Virus record (IMG/VR): IMGVR_UViG_3300020403_000012
Span: 1 to 56,466 of that record
Direction: 5' to 3' (one strand)
Length of the DNA: 56,466 bases
Source of the DNA: a virus
Taxonomy: Duplodnaviria > Caudoviricetes
Numbering within the stretch: position 1 is the stretch's first letter; the number at the start of each line of letters is the position of its first letter. The notes beneath the pieces were generated by a model. The model was not told where the DNA came from and searched no databases. It saw nothing but the letters and a program-made list of their open reading frames with translations. Shown here one piece after another: positions 30,416 to 40,612 of the stretch. The position numbers and the translations under genes were made by a program.

Positions 30416-33400
30416 TAGTAGCTTGATCCTCCACCGCCGCTTGATCCACTGCCGCTTGATCCACTGCCGCTTGAACCAGTTGATACATTACTATAACTTG
30501 TTGTTCCTGTGGTTGTAACATCAGAACTTTGTACTCCAACATTTAAAATATCATCACTTGTTACTACTAATCCAGATGCTTTTAATCTAGATTGTGTAAT
30601 TGCATCTATAATTTCAACATCGTCAACTGTAGCACTACTAATAAGTATTTCGTCATTTTCAGATTTAATTTCATATAAACTTCCAAAACTTTGTGTCTCT
30701 TGTTTTGGTACTAATACAATACTTACAAGATCAGGCGATAGTTTATTAATTATGTAGGTTGCTAATTCACTAAAATAAAACGTTTCTCCAAAGTCCCAGT
30801 TCTCTAATGCAAAAAATGAATTTACTGCATCAATTACTCTACTTTTTACATCATTATCATTTACAACTCTATCTTCGTTTTTAACAACTTTGATAGTAGC
30901 TTGTAAATCTACATCACTTTTACTACCAAGTATTGGTTTATATTTTACTGGATGATAAATTACATCATCGCTAATACTTTTTATTGCACTTATATCAGCA
31001 TTATAGTTTAGATATAAATTATCACTACTTGGTGGTAATGGTTTAATTGCAACATTTCCTTTTAAATAATCTCTATAGGTATTGTCATATGATTTTGTAA
31101 GCATATAAACATCAATTATGTTGCTACTACTAGGATCTATTCTTGCTTGTTCGTCAGCCGCGTGTGAATATTCAAATTTTATATCAGTTCTTCCTACATA
31201 AGCAAGATAATCAGATGTAAATTCTAAAGCGTTTGAAGTTTGGTTATATTTTAAAAATACATCTCTATCTATTAAGTAAAACACATCTCCGTTGTTATAT
31301 TGACTTAGTGCGCCAACAGCTCCTTGACTTGTTTTTGTGTATATAGGTTCTTTGTTTGCGTCTATATAATTAAATGTTTCCGTTTTGTTAACAATTGACT
31401 TTTTTTGGTATACGTACTTTGTATTTGGATTAGTCTCAGGTGCAACAATGTGTTCAAACAAATCAGGGTCATCAACAACACCATCACTATCTGCATCAAA
31501 AAATGATACTTCAATTTTTTTGCTATTGATATAGCCTGCACTGTTTTTATATTCTTTGTCTATTTGCCAAGACCAGTCAACAGTAAAAGGTGTCAAAGCA
31601 TCAGGCTTAGTGTTTATGCTTAATACTTTAATTACATCTTGTACAATTGTTCCTGTTTTGCTATCATAAATTTTATTTTTACTATCAAAGAAAAATCTTA
31701 TTTGATCGTTACTTTCAAAAATATACTTTCTACATCTAGCAGTAATTGTATATTTTTGTCCATCAGTTTCAAATAACAACAACCAACTATTATCACTTTG
31801 TGTATTAGTGCTATCTCCTGTTTTTCCTAAACTGAATTGATTAAAAGTATCAAGATTGTTATTATCAATTACTCGCCATTGACTTGATTCATAATCATAA
31901 CGTAATCCAAATGTTTTATATGAAAACACTTGATCAATAATTTGAGTTTTGACACTATCAATAATACTAGTATCTAGCACTGGAATAATTTCAGATATTA
32001 TTGCATTGCTTGGAATATTATCATTTAATACTATAGGCCCAAGTCCTGTATCAGGATTTACTACTGTTCCGTTTTCATCAATGGAAACTGCTTTCACCCA
32101 TAGATAATCTTTTGATCCTTTGTGGTCTGCGGTTCCTTGCATTAAAGTTCCATCTGGCATAAAATGAAAACCATCTGGTGCTGTAAACTTTAGCAATGAT
32201 CCTGGAGTAATAAAACGCATTATGCTTTTTGTAAAACTTGATACTGCAATTGATGTGTTGTTTGAATCAACAAAGTATCCTGTAGTTCTGTTGTTATCTT
32301 GTGTTTCTTTAACCCAAGTATAATTTAAATTAGATACATTGGTGTTCCTTGGAAAGTTTTTATAATAAAAATTTCTAAGTTGTGTTTCTTTGATTGCAGG
32401 AATAATAATATTGTTAATTGCTTGTTCAATATCATTTCTTGTTGTAAAATCAAAACTATATTTTAAATTTGTATTTTCTGCAAACAAAATTCCGTCGTCA
32501 CTATACAATAAAGTGTTGCTATATTTTCCACTTGCATCTCTTAAATCAAAATATCTACTTATTCCGCTACTAGTTCTGTTTATAGCTTTAGTCTTTACTA
32601 TGTTTTGATTAACTCCTAATGTACCTACGTTGTAATCTTCACCTGTCACTAATCTATTTTGAGTATAATATGTGCTAGGTGCATTTGTTTTTATAGAAGA
32701 ATTACTTTCAGTTGATGCACTGTTATCAACTGTTTGTTTCAATTCCATTGTAATTGTTAAAGTTTCTGGCTTATTACTTGCACTAATATACGGAATGTTT
32801 ATTGTAACACCTGTCATATCGCTAGGAACAATTTTATAATTCCTTGCATTACTTGTTCTATAATACAATTTAAAATTACCTTTTGGTAAAGTGCCAAAAG
32901 TTCCATCGCTGAATATTAAACTTACTCTATCTTGTATTCTGCTTAAAACGCCATAAATGTTTCTAATTTTTTTACTTACACTGTTGTAAATAATATTATT
33001 ACCTTCAATGTTATCTACTTTTGTCCATAATTCTGATTCAAAATTATTGCTATCTAGTTTATACAACCATACATCTGAATTATTAATATTATCAGTGTCA
33101 ATGTTTACAGTTGAATTTGGTGTTGGATTTGCTATTTGAAATGTGTTATTTTCTAATCTACCTTGTCTAAAATGTAAGAAAAATCCACTGTTGTTTGAGC
33201 CAGCACCTTGTCCGTCATCCCTATACAAGAAAGCTAATCTGTTTCCTGGTAATGGCTCTTCTTCATAAATTTTTTCATTATCGATAGCTGTGCTTACAAT
33301 TTCAAAAGAAGTTGTTATACTATCAATGTTTTTTGAAAAACTGTATATAGGTAATCCATTTGATGTTGTAGCGTTGAGTCTGTATTGTTCTGTTAATACA

Positions 33401-33942
33401 CTGTCAATAGTTTCTTTTTTGATACTTTTACCAAATTTTGCTTCTGCAGGTAAGGCTGCATTTAACACTTTTATAAATTGCTCATACCAATCTGCATTTG
33501 TAGAATCATTCCATTGTACAACTTGCTGACTTAAATTTGTGCCGTTCGAATCAAAGACATCTTCTGTGGTGCTAACACTTTCAAATTTTAATAATCCATT
33601 TGCACTTTGATTTCTTTTTGGATTGTAGCTTACTAGTCTTGCTAATCTTAAAACACTTTCTCTGCGTTCAGCTGTTTCTATATAGTTTTCTCTAGCATTA
33701 AGATCAGCACGAAATGCAAGGTTCTGGCCAAGAAATGCAATCAAATCAATTAACGCTAAGTATTCTGAACTTTCAATATAATCATTAAAATCTTCTGGGT
33801 AGTTTTGCCGAATATAATTAATCATTGTTCTACGCAAATTATCAAAGTCATAACTTTGAAAATCGGCATATTTAAAACTTTGATAAACTTTCTTCCAATC
33901 TTCTGCTAAAAGAAGTCTATTTTGACGTTCAGTACTGGCCAT
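30415..33942 (-). CDS. gp6: Baseplate wedge protein gp6-like
   Basis: DFQSYDFDNLR...YPEDFNDYIESSE...ETAERRESVLRLARLVSYNPKR and APSTYYTQNRLVTGEDY. Directly follows gp25. Confidence 0.9.
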   Translation of the reverse strand: MASTERQNRLLLAEDWKKVYQSFKYADFQSYDFDNLRRTMINYIRQNYPEDFNDYIESSEYLALIDLIAFLGQNLAFRADLNARENYIETAERRESVLRLARLVSYNPKRNQSANGLLKFESVSTTEDVFDSNGTNLSQQVVQWNDSTNADWYEQFIKVLNAALPAEAKFGKSIKKETIDSVLTEQYRLNATTSNGLPIYSFSKNIDSITTSFEIVSTAIDNEKIYEEEPLPGNRLAFLYRDDGQGAGSNNSGFFLHFRQGRLENNTFQIANPTPNSTVNIDTDNINNSDVWLYKLDSNNFESELWTKVDNIEGNNIIYNSVSKKIRNIYGVLSRIQDRVSLIFSDGTFGTLPKGNFKLYYRTSNARNYKIVPSDMTGVTINIPYISASNKPETLTITMELKQTVDNSASTESNSSIKTNAPSTYYTQNRLVTGEDYNVGTLGVNQNIVKTKAINRTSSGISRYFDLRDASGKYSNTLLYSDDGILFAENTNLKYSFDFTTRNDIEQAINNIIIPAIKETQLRNFYYKNFPRNTNVSNLNYTWVKETQDNNRTTGYFVDSNNTSIAVSSFTKSIMRFITPGSLLKFTAPDGFHFMPDGTLMQGTADHKGSKDYLWVKAVSIDENGTVVNPDTGLGPIVLNDNIPSNAIISEIIPVLDTSIIDSVKTQIIDQVFSYKTFGLRYDYESSQWRVIDNNNLDTFNQFSLGKTGDSTNTQSDNSWLLLFETDGQKYTITARCRKYIFESNDQIRFFFDSKNKIYDSKTGTIVQDVIKVLSINTKPDALTPFTVDWSWQIDKEYKNSAGYINSKKIEVSFFDADSDGVVDDPDLFEHIVAPETNPNTKYVYQKKSIVNKTETFNYIDANKEPIYTKTSQGAVGALSQYNNGDVFYLIDRDVFLKYNQTSNALEFTSDYLAYVGRTDIKFEYSHAADEQARIDPSSSNIIDVYMLTKSYDNTYRDYLKGNVAIKPLPPSSDNLYLNYNADISAIKSISDDVIYHPVKYKPILGSKSDVDLQATIKVVKNEDRVVNDNDVKSRVIDAVNSFFALENWDFGETFYFSELATYIINKLSPDLVSIVLVPKQETQSFGSLYEIKSENDEILISSATVDDVEIIDAITQSRLKASGLVVTSDDILNVGVQSSDVTTTGTTSYSNVSTGSSGSGSSGSGSSGGGGSSY
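30421..30477. repeat. 15-bp tandem repeat (CCACTGCCGCTTGAT, about 3 copies) encoding a Ser/Gly tail on gp6
   Basis: Visible directly in the DNA. The protein ends GSSGSGSSGSGSSGGGGSSY. Confidence 0.85.
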
Positions 33943-33965
33943 TTATCATTCCTTAATTTATATAA

Positions 33966-33972
33966 TATTTAT
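33966..33972 (-). promoter_or_regulatory. Late promoter ATAAATA for gp6
   Basis: GATAAATATTATATAAATTAAGGA upstream of ATG 33942. Confidence 0.65.
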
Positions 33973-33993
33973 CTGAAAAATAAAGTACGCACT

Positions 33994-34434
33994 TTAAATT
34001 AAACCAGCAGATTCATCAAATGTTAAACGCATACTTTCCGAAATGTTGTAAGGCAAATATGTTAAGTTACATTCTATTTGAATACCGCTTTCAAAACTAT
34101 CAATAGTAACATTATTGACACTTACTCTTGGATCGTAATTGATAATATCAGTAACATTTTTTATAATTGCTTCTTTCAAACTGTCTGTTAAAGGTTCAAA
34201 AAGCACATCCCATATAATTGTGCCAAACTCAGGATTTTCTAATTTTTCGCCTTGACGTATGTGAAAATGATTTACAATATCTTGCTTTATTAATTGTAAG
34301 TCATATTTTACAAAATTTTTAGTATTTTTATCTACAGTGCTAATACCTCTGTATTTTTTAGACTGCACAGGTGATTCGTTAGAACTAGATCCAACTGCAA
34401 TACTTTTATATAATTGTTTTTCATTTACTGACAT
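33994..34434 (-). CDS. gp25: Baseplate wedge subunit gp25
   Basis: LIKQDIVNHFHIRQGEKLENPEFGT...LFEP...YDPRV. Confidence 0.92.
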   Translation of the reverse strand: MSVNEKQLYKSIAVGSSSNESPVQSKKYRGISTVDKNTKNFVKYDLQLIKQDIVNHFHIRQGEKLENPEFGTIIWDVLFEPLTDSLKEAIIKNVTDIINYDPRVSVNNVTIDSFESGIQIECNLTYLPYNISESMRLTFDESAGLI

Positions 34435-34438
34435 AACG

Positions 34439-34445
34439 TATTTAT
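34439..34445 (-). promoter_or_regulatory. Late promoter ATAAATA, 4 nt before the gp25 ATG
   Basis: ATAAATA-CGTT-ATG, with no Shine-Dalgarno sequence. Confidence 0.65.
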
Positions 34446-34451
34446 TTCCGC

Positions 34452-35525
34452 TTATAATGGCACAACATAACTTTTACCATTGTAATTTTTTATTCTTTGG
34501 TTTGAAAAAATTGTGCCTGTGAATAATTCAGCACCTGCTGGTATTACATCTTGTAATACTTGGTTTGATACTTGTCTTACTTCGTTAACTAGATTTACTG
34601 GCACATTATTAAAAGTAAAGTTTGTGCCTGTGCTAGTTGTTAAAACTTTTTCTAATTCTTTGGCAGCTAATTCTGACTTTGCCGCTAAGTTTCCAAAAAC
34701 ATTATCTCCTGTTACAGGAAATACTTTTGCATCCATTGTTCTAGCGGTTGTTGCAATATCTTTCATATTATTTGCAGGATTTACAAAAAAACTTATTCCG
34801 CCTGCAACAAGTCCTGCTGTTTTAGGATCAATGCTAGGCAAACCAATTTTATCTAACACCTTAGCACCTACACTACCTATTGCTCCATCTATAACAGCTT
34901 TCGGTAAGGGATCTAATCCGTTATAAGCAGTAGATAGTGTATCACCTAATCCTTTTACAGCAGATGAAAAATCTCTTACCACAGGACCCATTCCTGGTAT
35001 CTCACTTATTACATTGCCTAAACCAGTAAATAATGTTTGACCTACGTCTGCTAAAGCACCTGCCATTCCGCTGATTGCATTACCTATGCCTTCTTGAATT
35101 GAACCTACAACATTGCCAAATACATTTGTTAATGAAGTTGTGCTTAAAAGATTGCTCATTACACTGTCTAGTTGTCCTAACAATCCTTGTACTGCTCCAC
35201 CTATAATTTGACTCAAACTACCTGGTAATCCTTGTAAAAAAGAATCTAATGTAATTTCAACCACTGACTGAGAAGCATCTTGTATTGCAGTTCTTGTTTC
35301 AACATAATCTTCTTTTGGTGCAGCAGTAGTGCCTGCTTTTGTTGTTGGTGCACCACCTTCACCTCCTCCTTGTGCATTTCTGCCCATTGCTTGATCGGCT
35401 TGTTGTTGATTTGTAGGAGATGTTGTTGTTCTTCCCATTGCTTCATCAGCTTGTTGCTGATTAGTTCTATTTGCACTGCCCTTTGTGCCAACTGCTCCGT
35501 TGTTTACAGGCCAGGTATCTGCCAT
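34452..35525 (-). CDS. Hypothetical Gly-rich amphipathic protein between gp5 and gp25
   Basis: 357 aa, coupled to gp5 by TAATG. Has an N-terminal NQQQADxAMGR duplication. Confidence 0.7.
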   Translation of the reverse strand: MADTWPVNNGAVGTKGSANRTNQQQADEAMGRTTTSPTNQQQADQAMGRNAQGGGEGGAPTTKAGTTAAPKEDYVETRTAIQDASQSVVEITLDSFLQGLPGSLSQIIGGAVQGLLGQLDSVMSNLLSTTSLTNVFGNVVGSIQEGIGNAISGMAGALADVGQTLFTGLGNVISEIPGMGPVVRDFSSAVKGLGDTLSTAYNGLDPLPKAVIDGAIGSVGAKVLDKIGLPSIDPKTAGLVAGGISFFVNPANNMKDIATTARTMDAKVFPVTGDNVFGNLAAKSELAAKELEKVLTTSTGTNFTFNNVPVNLVNEVRQVSNQVLQDVIPAGAELFTGTIFSNQRIKNYNGKSYVVPL

Positions 35526-37072
35526 TATTCTTCTCCTGGTGTTAATTCATTCATTGGTTTTCTATCAGTTTGTACAGGTCTGTCTTCATAATGTTTGTCT
35601 TGGCTTTCTGTATCTACTGCTTCTGTTTTATCTGGTAGTGTTTCGGGTGGGTTCCAGTTTTCGTGTCCGTCCCAAGGTTCGTGTTGCGGAACACGTTTAG
35701 GAAACTTTGCTTTCAAAGGTAGTGTTGCTTCAGCAGCACTTTCTCCGCCGTTTAATTGTACATCAGGACCACCGTCTATCCAAACAGTTCCCCCAGATGT
35801 TATCTTTAAATCTTTTGAACTCTTAATGCCTATTTCATTTGCTACTGTTGTAAGCATATCGTTTGTAACTGTAGTTTCTAAATTATTTTTACATTTGATT
35901 TTGCCATCTATTCCTACAAGTAATTCATAGTTTTTTGCAACACTTTGAAATATATTTTCATTTACTATCATATTGATATTTCTTCCGGCTTCAAAATTAA
36001 TATCTCTGTCTGCTGTAAAATTCATATCAACTTCTGTATGGAAACTAATTGTGTCCTGTGCATATACATCTAATTTACCGTTACTTGTCATTTCAATCCA
36101 ACAAGTTCCTTTACTATTGTTAATGTAAATTAAATCTTCACTTGTATTCATTAAAATTTGTGCGCCGGTACGTGTGCGTAAGCGTATCATTTCATTTGCA
36201 GGACGAGTAACATCTCCACCGCTTTCGCTTGCTTCTTTGTTGATATATTCATATGGTGTATCAGCTGGCGAACCTTTGCGTATTAATTTATCATCACCAT
36301 CGTCTATAACAATGCTACTACTACCTAATCTGCTTACTGGAATATTTGCTTTTGATTCTTTTAATCCAATTGGTGCTGTTGGTTTACCGCCTCTTTTATC
36401 TAAAGGTCCTGGGCTACTAAATCCTACCACTGCACTAGGTGTTTCTCTTTGGGCACTTGTTGATGTTATTCCCCTAATGTCATCCTCTACAAGTCCTTGT
36501 TCTAACAACTGGTTTACAAATTCATCATTTATAGGACGTTTGTATTTTAATAAATTATTAGTTTGTGGTTTTGTAAGTACTTTGTTATATTCTCCTGCTG
36601 GCAATCTTTTACCTTTAAGATCACTCGGTACTTGACCTGTAAGTTGTTCGGTTGCTGGTTGTCCTCCAGGCAACATAAATGTCATTCCTTTTTCAGGAAT
36701 ACAAGCAAACCAATAGCCAAAATCTCTACTGCCTTCAACAAATGTTACAAGAACTAGACTACCAGGATCAGGAGGTACTGCCCACCAACCATAACTTTTT
36801 TGTGTGCTTGCATAGTCATCATTTTTCCGTGGACCGTTTTGGCTATTTGTTGTTCCATAAAAAGGACTTGCATAATAAACTTCAACTGTTTGACCTACAG
36901 TTTCTCCTATATTTCCTGCTTCTGATGTTTTTAAAAGCTCAACTCGTAAACCTCCAAGATATAGACTATCTAAATGTTCTATCACTCTTGCAATATACGG
37001 TCCAGGATTGCGAGTTGCTACACCTGAATCTGTATTTCTTGTTACTTCATTTTTATTAGGTATATCATTCAT
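35525..37072 (-). CDS. gp5: Baseplate central spike gp5/VgrG-like, with no lysozyme domain evident
   Basis: OB-fold-like GPYIARV...LRVELL...SYGWWAVPPDPGSLVLVTF, RLRTRTGAQILM, and beta-helix repeats. Confidence 0.8.
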   Translation of the reverse strand: MNDIPNKNEVTRNTDSGVATRNPGPYIARVIEHLDSLYLGGLRVELLKTSEAGNIGETVGQTVEVYYASPFYGTTNSQNGPRKNDDYASTQKSYGWWAVPPDPGSLVLVTFVEGSRDFGYWFACIPEKGMTFMLPGGQPATEQLTGQVPSDLKGKRLPAGEYNKVLTKPQTNNLLKYKRPINDEFVNQLLEQGLVEDDIRGITSTSAQRETPSAVVGFSSPGPLDKRGGKPTAPIGLKESKANIPVSRLGSSSIVIDDGDDKLIRKGSPADTPYEYINKEASESGGDVTRPANEMIRLRTRTGAQILMNTSEDLIYINNSKGTCWIEMTSNGKLDVYAQDTISFHTEVDMNFTADRDINFEAGRNINMIVNENIFQSVAKNYELLVGIDGKIKCKNNLETTVTNDMLTTVANEIGIKSSKDLKITSGGTVWIDGGPDVQLNGGESAAEATLPLKAKFPKRVPQHEPWDGHENWNPPETLPDKTEAVDTESQDKHYEDRPVQTDRKPMNELTPGEE

Positions 37073-39415
37073 TTAGTTTGGCCCATATGGTGTGTAGCTC
37101 TGTTGCGACGGTGCAGCATTTATAATTTTTGTTTTTAGATCACCTGTAGCAGTTTGCTTGTTATCTTGTGGCTGATTAGGTCTGCGTAATAATTTTAATC
37201 TTTGTGTAAATTGTCCTTTGTTAAATCTATTTGTTAGTGTAGTAACACGATACAATCCACTGAACGCATCTACTGGTATTGTTTCTTCTGGAAATATCAT
37301 TCCTCCAGTTGCATCATTATAATCAATTGGTGTTCTAAAATTAACAATCACATCAACTTCACCACGTTGATATTCTATGCTTCCGTTTGCAGTTTCGTTT
37401 TCATCTATTTGACCAGCTGTAAAATTTCCCATACCACTATCAAATACATAATACGGATCTCCTATTATTTCTAAATCTAACATTACCAAATCAACAAAAC
37501 TGTTTATAATATTATCGTTGAACATTTTAGCAATACGTACTTTATTATTATCAATAGCGCCTCCACCGCCGCCTTGCAATGTGCTTCGTTGAGTTGGTAT
37601 TTGTTGTGAGAAACCTGTACCACTAAGACTTGTTGTAGCTTGATTTGTAATAAACAAATCGTTTTTTTGTTTTACAATATTTTGTTGTAATCCGCCGCCT
37701 TTTCGTTCAAAATTGTTTTGACCTGCATCGGACATAATAGATTTAAAAAATGCCGCATTAATCTGTATATCAAAATTAATTATATCATTATTTGCACCTG
37801 TGTAGATGTAATTGTATTCTCTTTTAGCAAGTTCTCTTAGTTGCTCGTAACTTAAACCTGGATCAGAAGGTTTCTGTAAAGCACTACTATGTACTTTGTA
37901 AGGCACTACTCTATAGTGATACGTTTTTGCTGTAGTTCCGTCTTGTAATTCTTTTCCAGTGCCATTTTTAATAAATGTTTGTGCATCAATTCTAAACCAA
38001 TCAACCATACCTTTATCATCAGCAGGCCTGTCTTTAAGTTCTTGAGCCCAACTACTAGATGTAACAACTTCTTCGATTATTTTTGTTATTTTTTCGTCAG
38101 AATCAAATGTAAAACTACGTTGCACAGGATCAACAACATTCTTTCCTCTTGTATAAACCATATTCTTCTTATCGTACTGCTGACCACTTTTGCCCATAGG
38201 TACTTTACCGCCATCGTTGTAATTTTTTGCAACAACTGCATTACCAATTTGATTTACAGTTGCACTATCTTGTGCCAAAGTAATTAAACCTTCAGTGATA
38301 TTACTTTTATTAAAAACCATTCCTGTAACACTACTAAGAAAAGCATCAAAATCTTGTGGTGCTTGTGCTCCAAGAAATCCAGTTATACTCTGAAAAACAG
38401 CATTTATATCTCCTGATCTAAAAGCTCCTAAAACACCTTGTAAAGCTCCAAAATTTGCTCCACCAAATGCACCTCCTAATGCTCCAACAAGTCCTCCGCC
38501 TAAAGCGGCTTTTCCTAAATTTTTCTCGCCAGAGGCTGCGCCTGCAATAACACCACCTATCACACCTGTAACAATATTTCCAAACAATGGACTTTTAGTT
38601 TTTTTTGGTGACGTTACAGCACCTTTGTCAATTGTATTTTTATTAGTAGTATTACTTACACTGGATGTTATATCGTTAGGAAAAGATACTACTATCTCAT
38701 CTGCTGTAGGAAAATTTCCTTCTTTTCTTAGTTCTTCATATCTACCATTTATAATAGTGGTTAAACTTTCTGGACCTGTTTGTAATAATTCGACAACGTT
38801 TTTGCCTGTAATAGTGATATCAGAATAAGTCCTATCTATTTGATCTACTAAAGCCTGTTCGTTCCAAGGTATGGCAGTAACATCATAAGTTGTTCCGCTT
38901 CCACTAACATTGAATTCAACATTGGCCAACTTCATAGGTATTTTACGTTGCAGGTTTACAGTTTTTCCTTCTTTATCTACTGTTACTGGATTACCATCGT
39001 CATCAAAACCAACAAATTCAATAGTTAATAAAAACGGTGCTTGAATGTAATTTGTAAACCCAGCTTGCAATGCAGCTATTTGTAATGTTTGCAAAAATAA
39101 ACCCATACTGTAAGGTTCTAAAACTTGAAACGATATATTTGTTGCATTTGTTAATCTTGTTCTTGTATTAGGTACAATGATACCTTCTATTTCAACATCT
39201 TCAATATAATATTCTAATTTTCCACCAATCTGGTCTTCAAAAACAGTTGATACAAAACTTTCACTTTTTCCTCCGCTACGGAATATTTCTAATTGAGGTG
39301 CTCCGCCTGCATAAGTATCGTCAGGAAAATTGATTTCATCTGCTGTCAATACAGCAAATGTAAAGATACAATTATAACTAGAAAATACGTGTAACGGATT
39401 TATTTCTTTTGCCAT
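37073..39415 (-). CDS. Baseplate hub protein (gp27-like position)
   Basis: Lies between gp53-like and gp5. Motifs EPYSMGLF, LEIIGDPYY and FSGLYRVTTLTNRFNKGQFTQRLKLLR resemble hub C-termini. Confidence 0.65.
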   Translation of the reverse strand: MAKEINPLHVFSSYNCIFTFAVLTADEINFPDDTYAGGAPQLEIFRSGGKSESFVSTVFEDQIGGKLEYYIEDVEIEGIIVPNTRTRLTNATNISFQVLEPYSMGLFLQTLQIAALQAGFTNYIQAPFLLTIEFVGFDDDGNPVTVDKEGKTVNLQRKIPMKLANVEFNVSGSGTTYDVTAIPWNEQALVDQIDRTYSDITITGKNVVELLQTGPESLTTIINGRYEELRKEGNFPTADEIVVSFPNDITSSVSNTTNKNTIDKGAVTSPKKTKSPLFGNIVTGVIGGVIAGAASGEKNLGKAALGGGLVGALGGAFGGANFGALQGVLGAFRSGDINAVFQSITGFLGAQAPQDFDAFLSSVTGMVFNKSNITEGLITLAQDSATVNQIGNAVVAKNYNDGGKVPMGKSGQQYDKKNMVYTRGKNVVDPVQRSFTFDSDEKITKIIEEVVTSSSWAQELKDRPADDKGMVDWFRIDAQTFIKNGTGKELQDGTTAKTYHYRVVPYKVHSSALQKPSDPGLSYEQLRELAKREYNYIYTGANNDIINFDIQINAAFFKSIMSDAGQNNFERKGGGLQQNIVKQKNDLFITNQATTSLSGTGFSQQIPTQRSTLQGGGGGAIDNNKVRIAKMFNDNIINSFVDLVMLDLEIIGDPYYVFDSGMGNFTAGQIDENETANGSIEYQRGEVDVIVNFRTPIDYNDATGGMIFPEETIPVDAFSGLYRVTTLTNRFNKGQFTQRLKLLRRPNQPQDNKQTATGDLKTKIINAAPSQQSYTPYGPN

Positions 39416-39721
39416 TTATAATCCCAATTCGGCTTTTATATTACTTTGCTTTGGTAAAAATATTTTAGTTCCTGTTTGCATATCAAATACAGGATCTTTA
39501 ACTATATCCATATTTCTTTGTGCAAATACCCACCATAATTTTGGTGTACCATACAAGTCAAAGGCTAACAAATCAGGTCTATGATTGTATTGCGGTTCTA
39601 TGGTGTATAAAATATCATCATCTTCTGCTGGAATTGGTACAATTTGTAAAACTCCTAGTTCTCCACTAGACTCAACTTCAGTTTTATTCCAAGGACTGGT
39701 TTTTGGATAACTTACTGCCAT
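39416..39721 (-). CDS. gp53: Baseplate wedge protein gp53-like (LysM-like)
   Basis: YNHRPDLLAFDLYGTPKLWWVFAQRN...IFLP. Confidence 0.8.
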   Translation of the reverse strand: MAVSYPKTSPWNKTEVESSGELGVLQIVPIPAEDDDILYTIEPQYNHRPDLLAFDLYGTPKLWWVFAQRNMDIVKDPVFDMQTGTKIFLPKQSNIKAELGL

Positions 39722-40536
39722 TATAAAAATCCTTCAGATTTCAAATCACCATTAACAAAACGATCTAAACTAAACGATGAAGCTTTTGCTCTGCTGTAGA
39801 TTGGTTGTAGTGTAAGCGATAAAGTTGATTGTGTAGGTACCCAAGAATATTCTTCAACAACTTGCGATGATTGCACAGTTTGTATTGGCACTCTTATATA
39901 ATCATTTGCATTTTCAAGTGAATAACTAAAATTTTGTACCACAGCAGGAACATTATTCAATACATATTTTCCATATCCGTTTACTTTTACAATCGGAGGT
40001 GGTGCTCCTTTATTGCTTGTATCGCCAAAAGCCATTTTAGTCACGCTTTTGAAAAAATGCACTGCGGCAATCCAATATCTACCGTCATCTTCGTTTTGTA
40101 CTGGGAACTCTCCTGCTATAACAAATGGTTCAACACTGCTGTTTTCATATACAGGAAAGGGATAATTACTATGTGTAGGTGCAACACTTCCATAATTGGC
40201 TGTGTGTTGAAAAGTAATTTGTGGCGTTAAAGGAAATACAACATTGTTCCCAGTTTTTTGTAATGGTGATAATATAGGACTAGATCTAAATGTTGACAAA
40301 TCAGGAACAGAAATTTTTACCCGCCAGTCTTCGCCTTCTTCTTTATTACTTGGATTAAACGCAGCTGTTGCAAAATTTGCAGAAAGTGGTTCCGCACCTG
40401 GTGCTAAATTTTTACTACGTAAGTTACTCATAAATCGATTAACATTGTTTAAGAAATCTCCTATACTCTGTTTGTTTTGTATATTATTTTCACTACCAAT
40501 GTTACTATCTATACCTGTAATTGGATCAATTGCCAT
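39721..40536 (-). CDS. Baseplate tail-tube cap/initiator (gp48/gp54-like)
   Basis: VFPLTP...HSNY...GAPPPIVKVNGYG...NVPAVVQNFSY...WVP. Directly precedes gp53-like. Confidence 0.65.
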   Translation of the reverse strand: MAIDPITGIDSNIGSENNIQNKQSIGDFLNNVNRFMSNLRSKNLAPGAEPLSANFATAAFNPSNKEEGEDWRVKISVPDLSTFRSSPILSPLQKTGNNVVFPLTPQITFQHTANYGSVAPTHSNYPFPVYENSSVEPFVIAGEFPVQNEDDGRYWIAAVHFFKSVTKMAFGDTSNKGAPPPIVKVNGYGKYVLNNVPAVVQNFSYSLENANDYIRVPIQTVQSSQVVEEYSWVPTQSTLSLTLQPIYSRAKASSFSLDRFVNGDLKSEGFL

Positions 40537-40554
40537 AGTTGTACTCCTATACTG

Positions 40555-40561
40555 TATTTAG
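40555..40561 (-). promoter_or_regulatory. Late promoter CTAAATA for the baseplate operon
   Basis: CTAAATACAGTATAGGAG upstream of ATG 40536, back-to-back with the gp55 promoter. Confidence 0.6.
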
Positions 40562-40590
40562 TTGACAAAAATATGTGCGTAGTTTATAAT
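40562..40590 (+). promoter_or_regulatory. Consensus sigma70 promoter TTGACA-17-TATAAT for gp55
   Basis: TTGACA at 40562-40567 and TATAAT at 40585-40590. Confidence 0.85.
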
Positions 40591-40612
40591 AGAATAAAGC
40601 AAAGGAATAATA

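Noticed and set aside
8300-40561. Many 60-180-aa alternative-frame or antisense ORFs within structural genes
   Set aside because: These are expected shadows of codon bias, with no motifs or translation signals.
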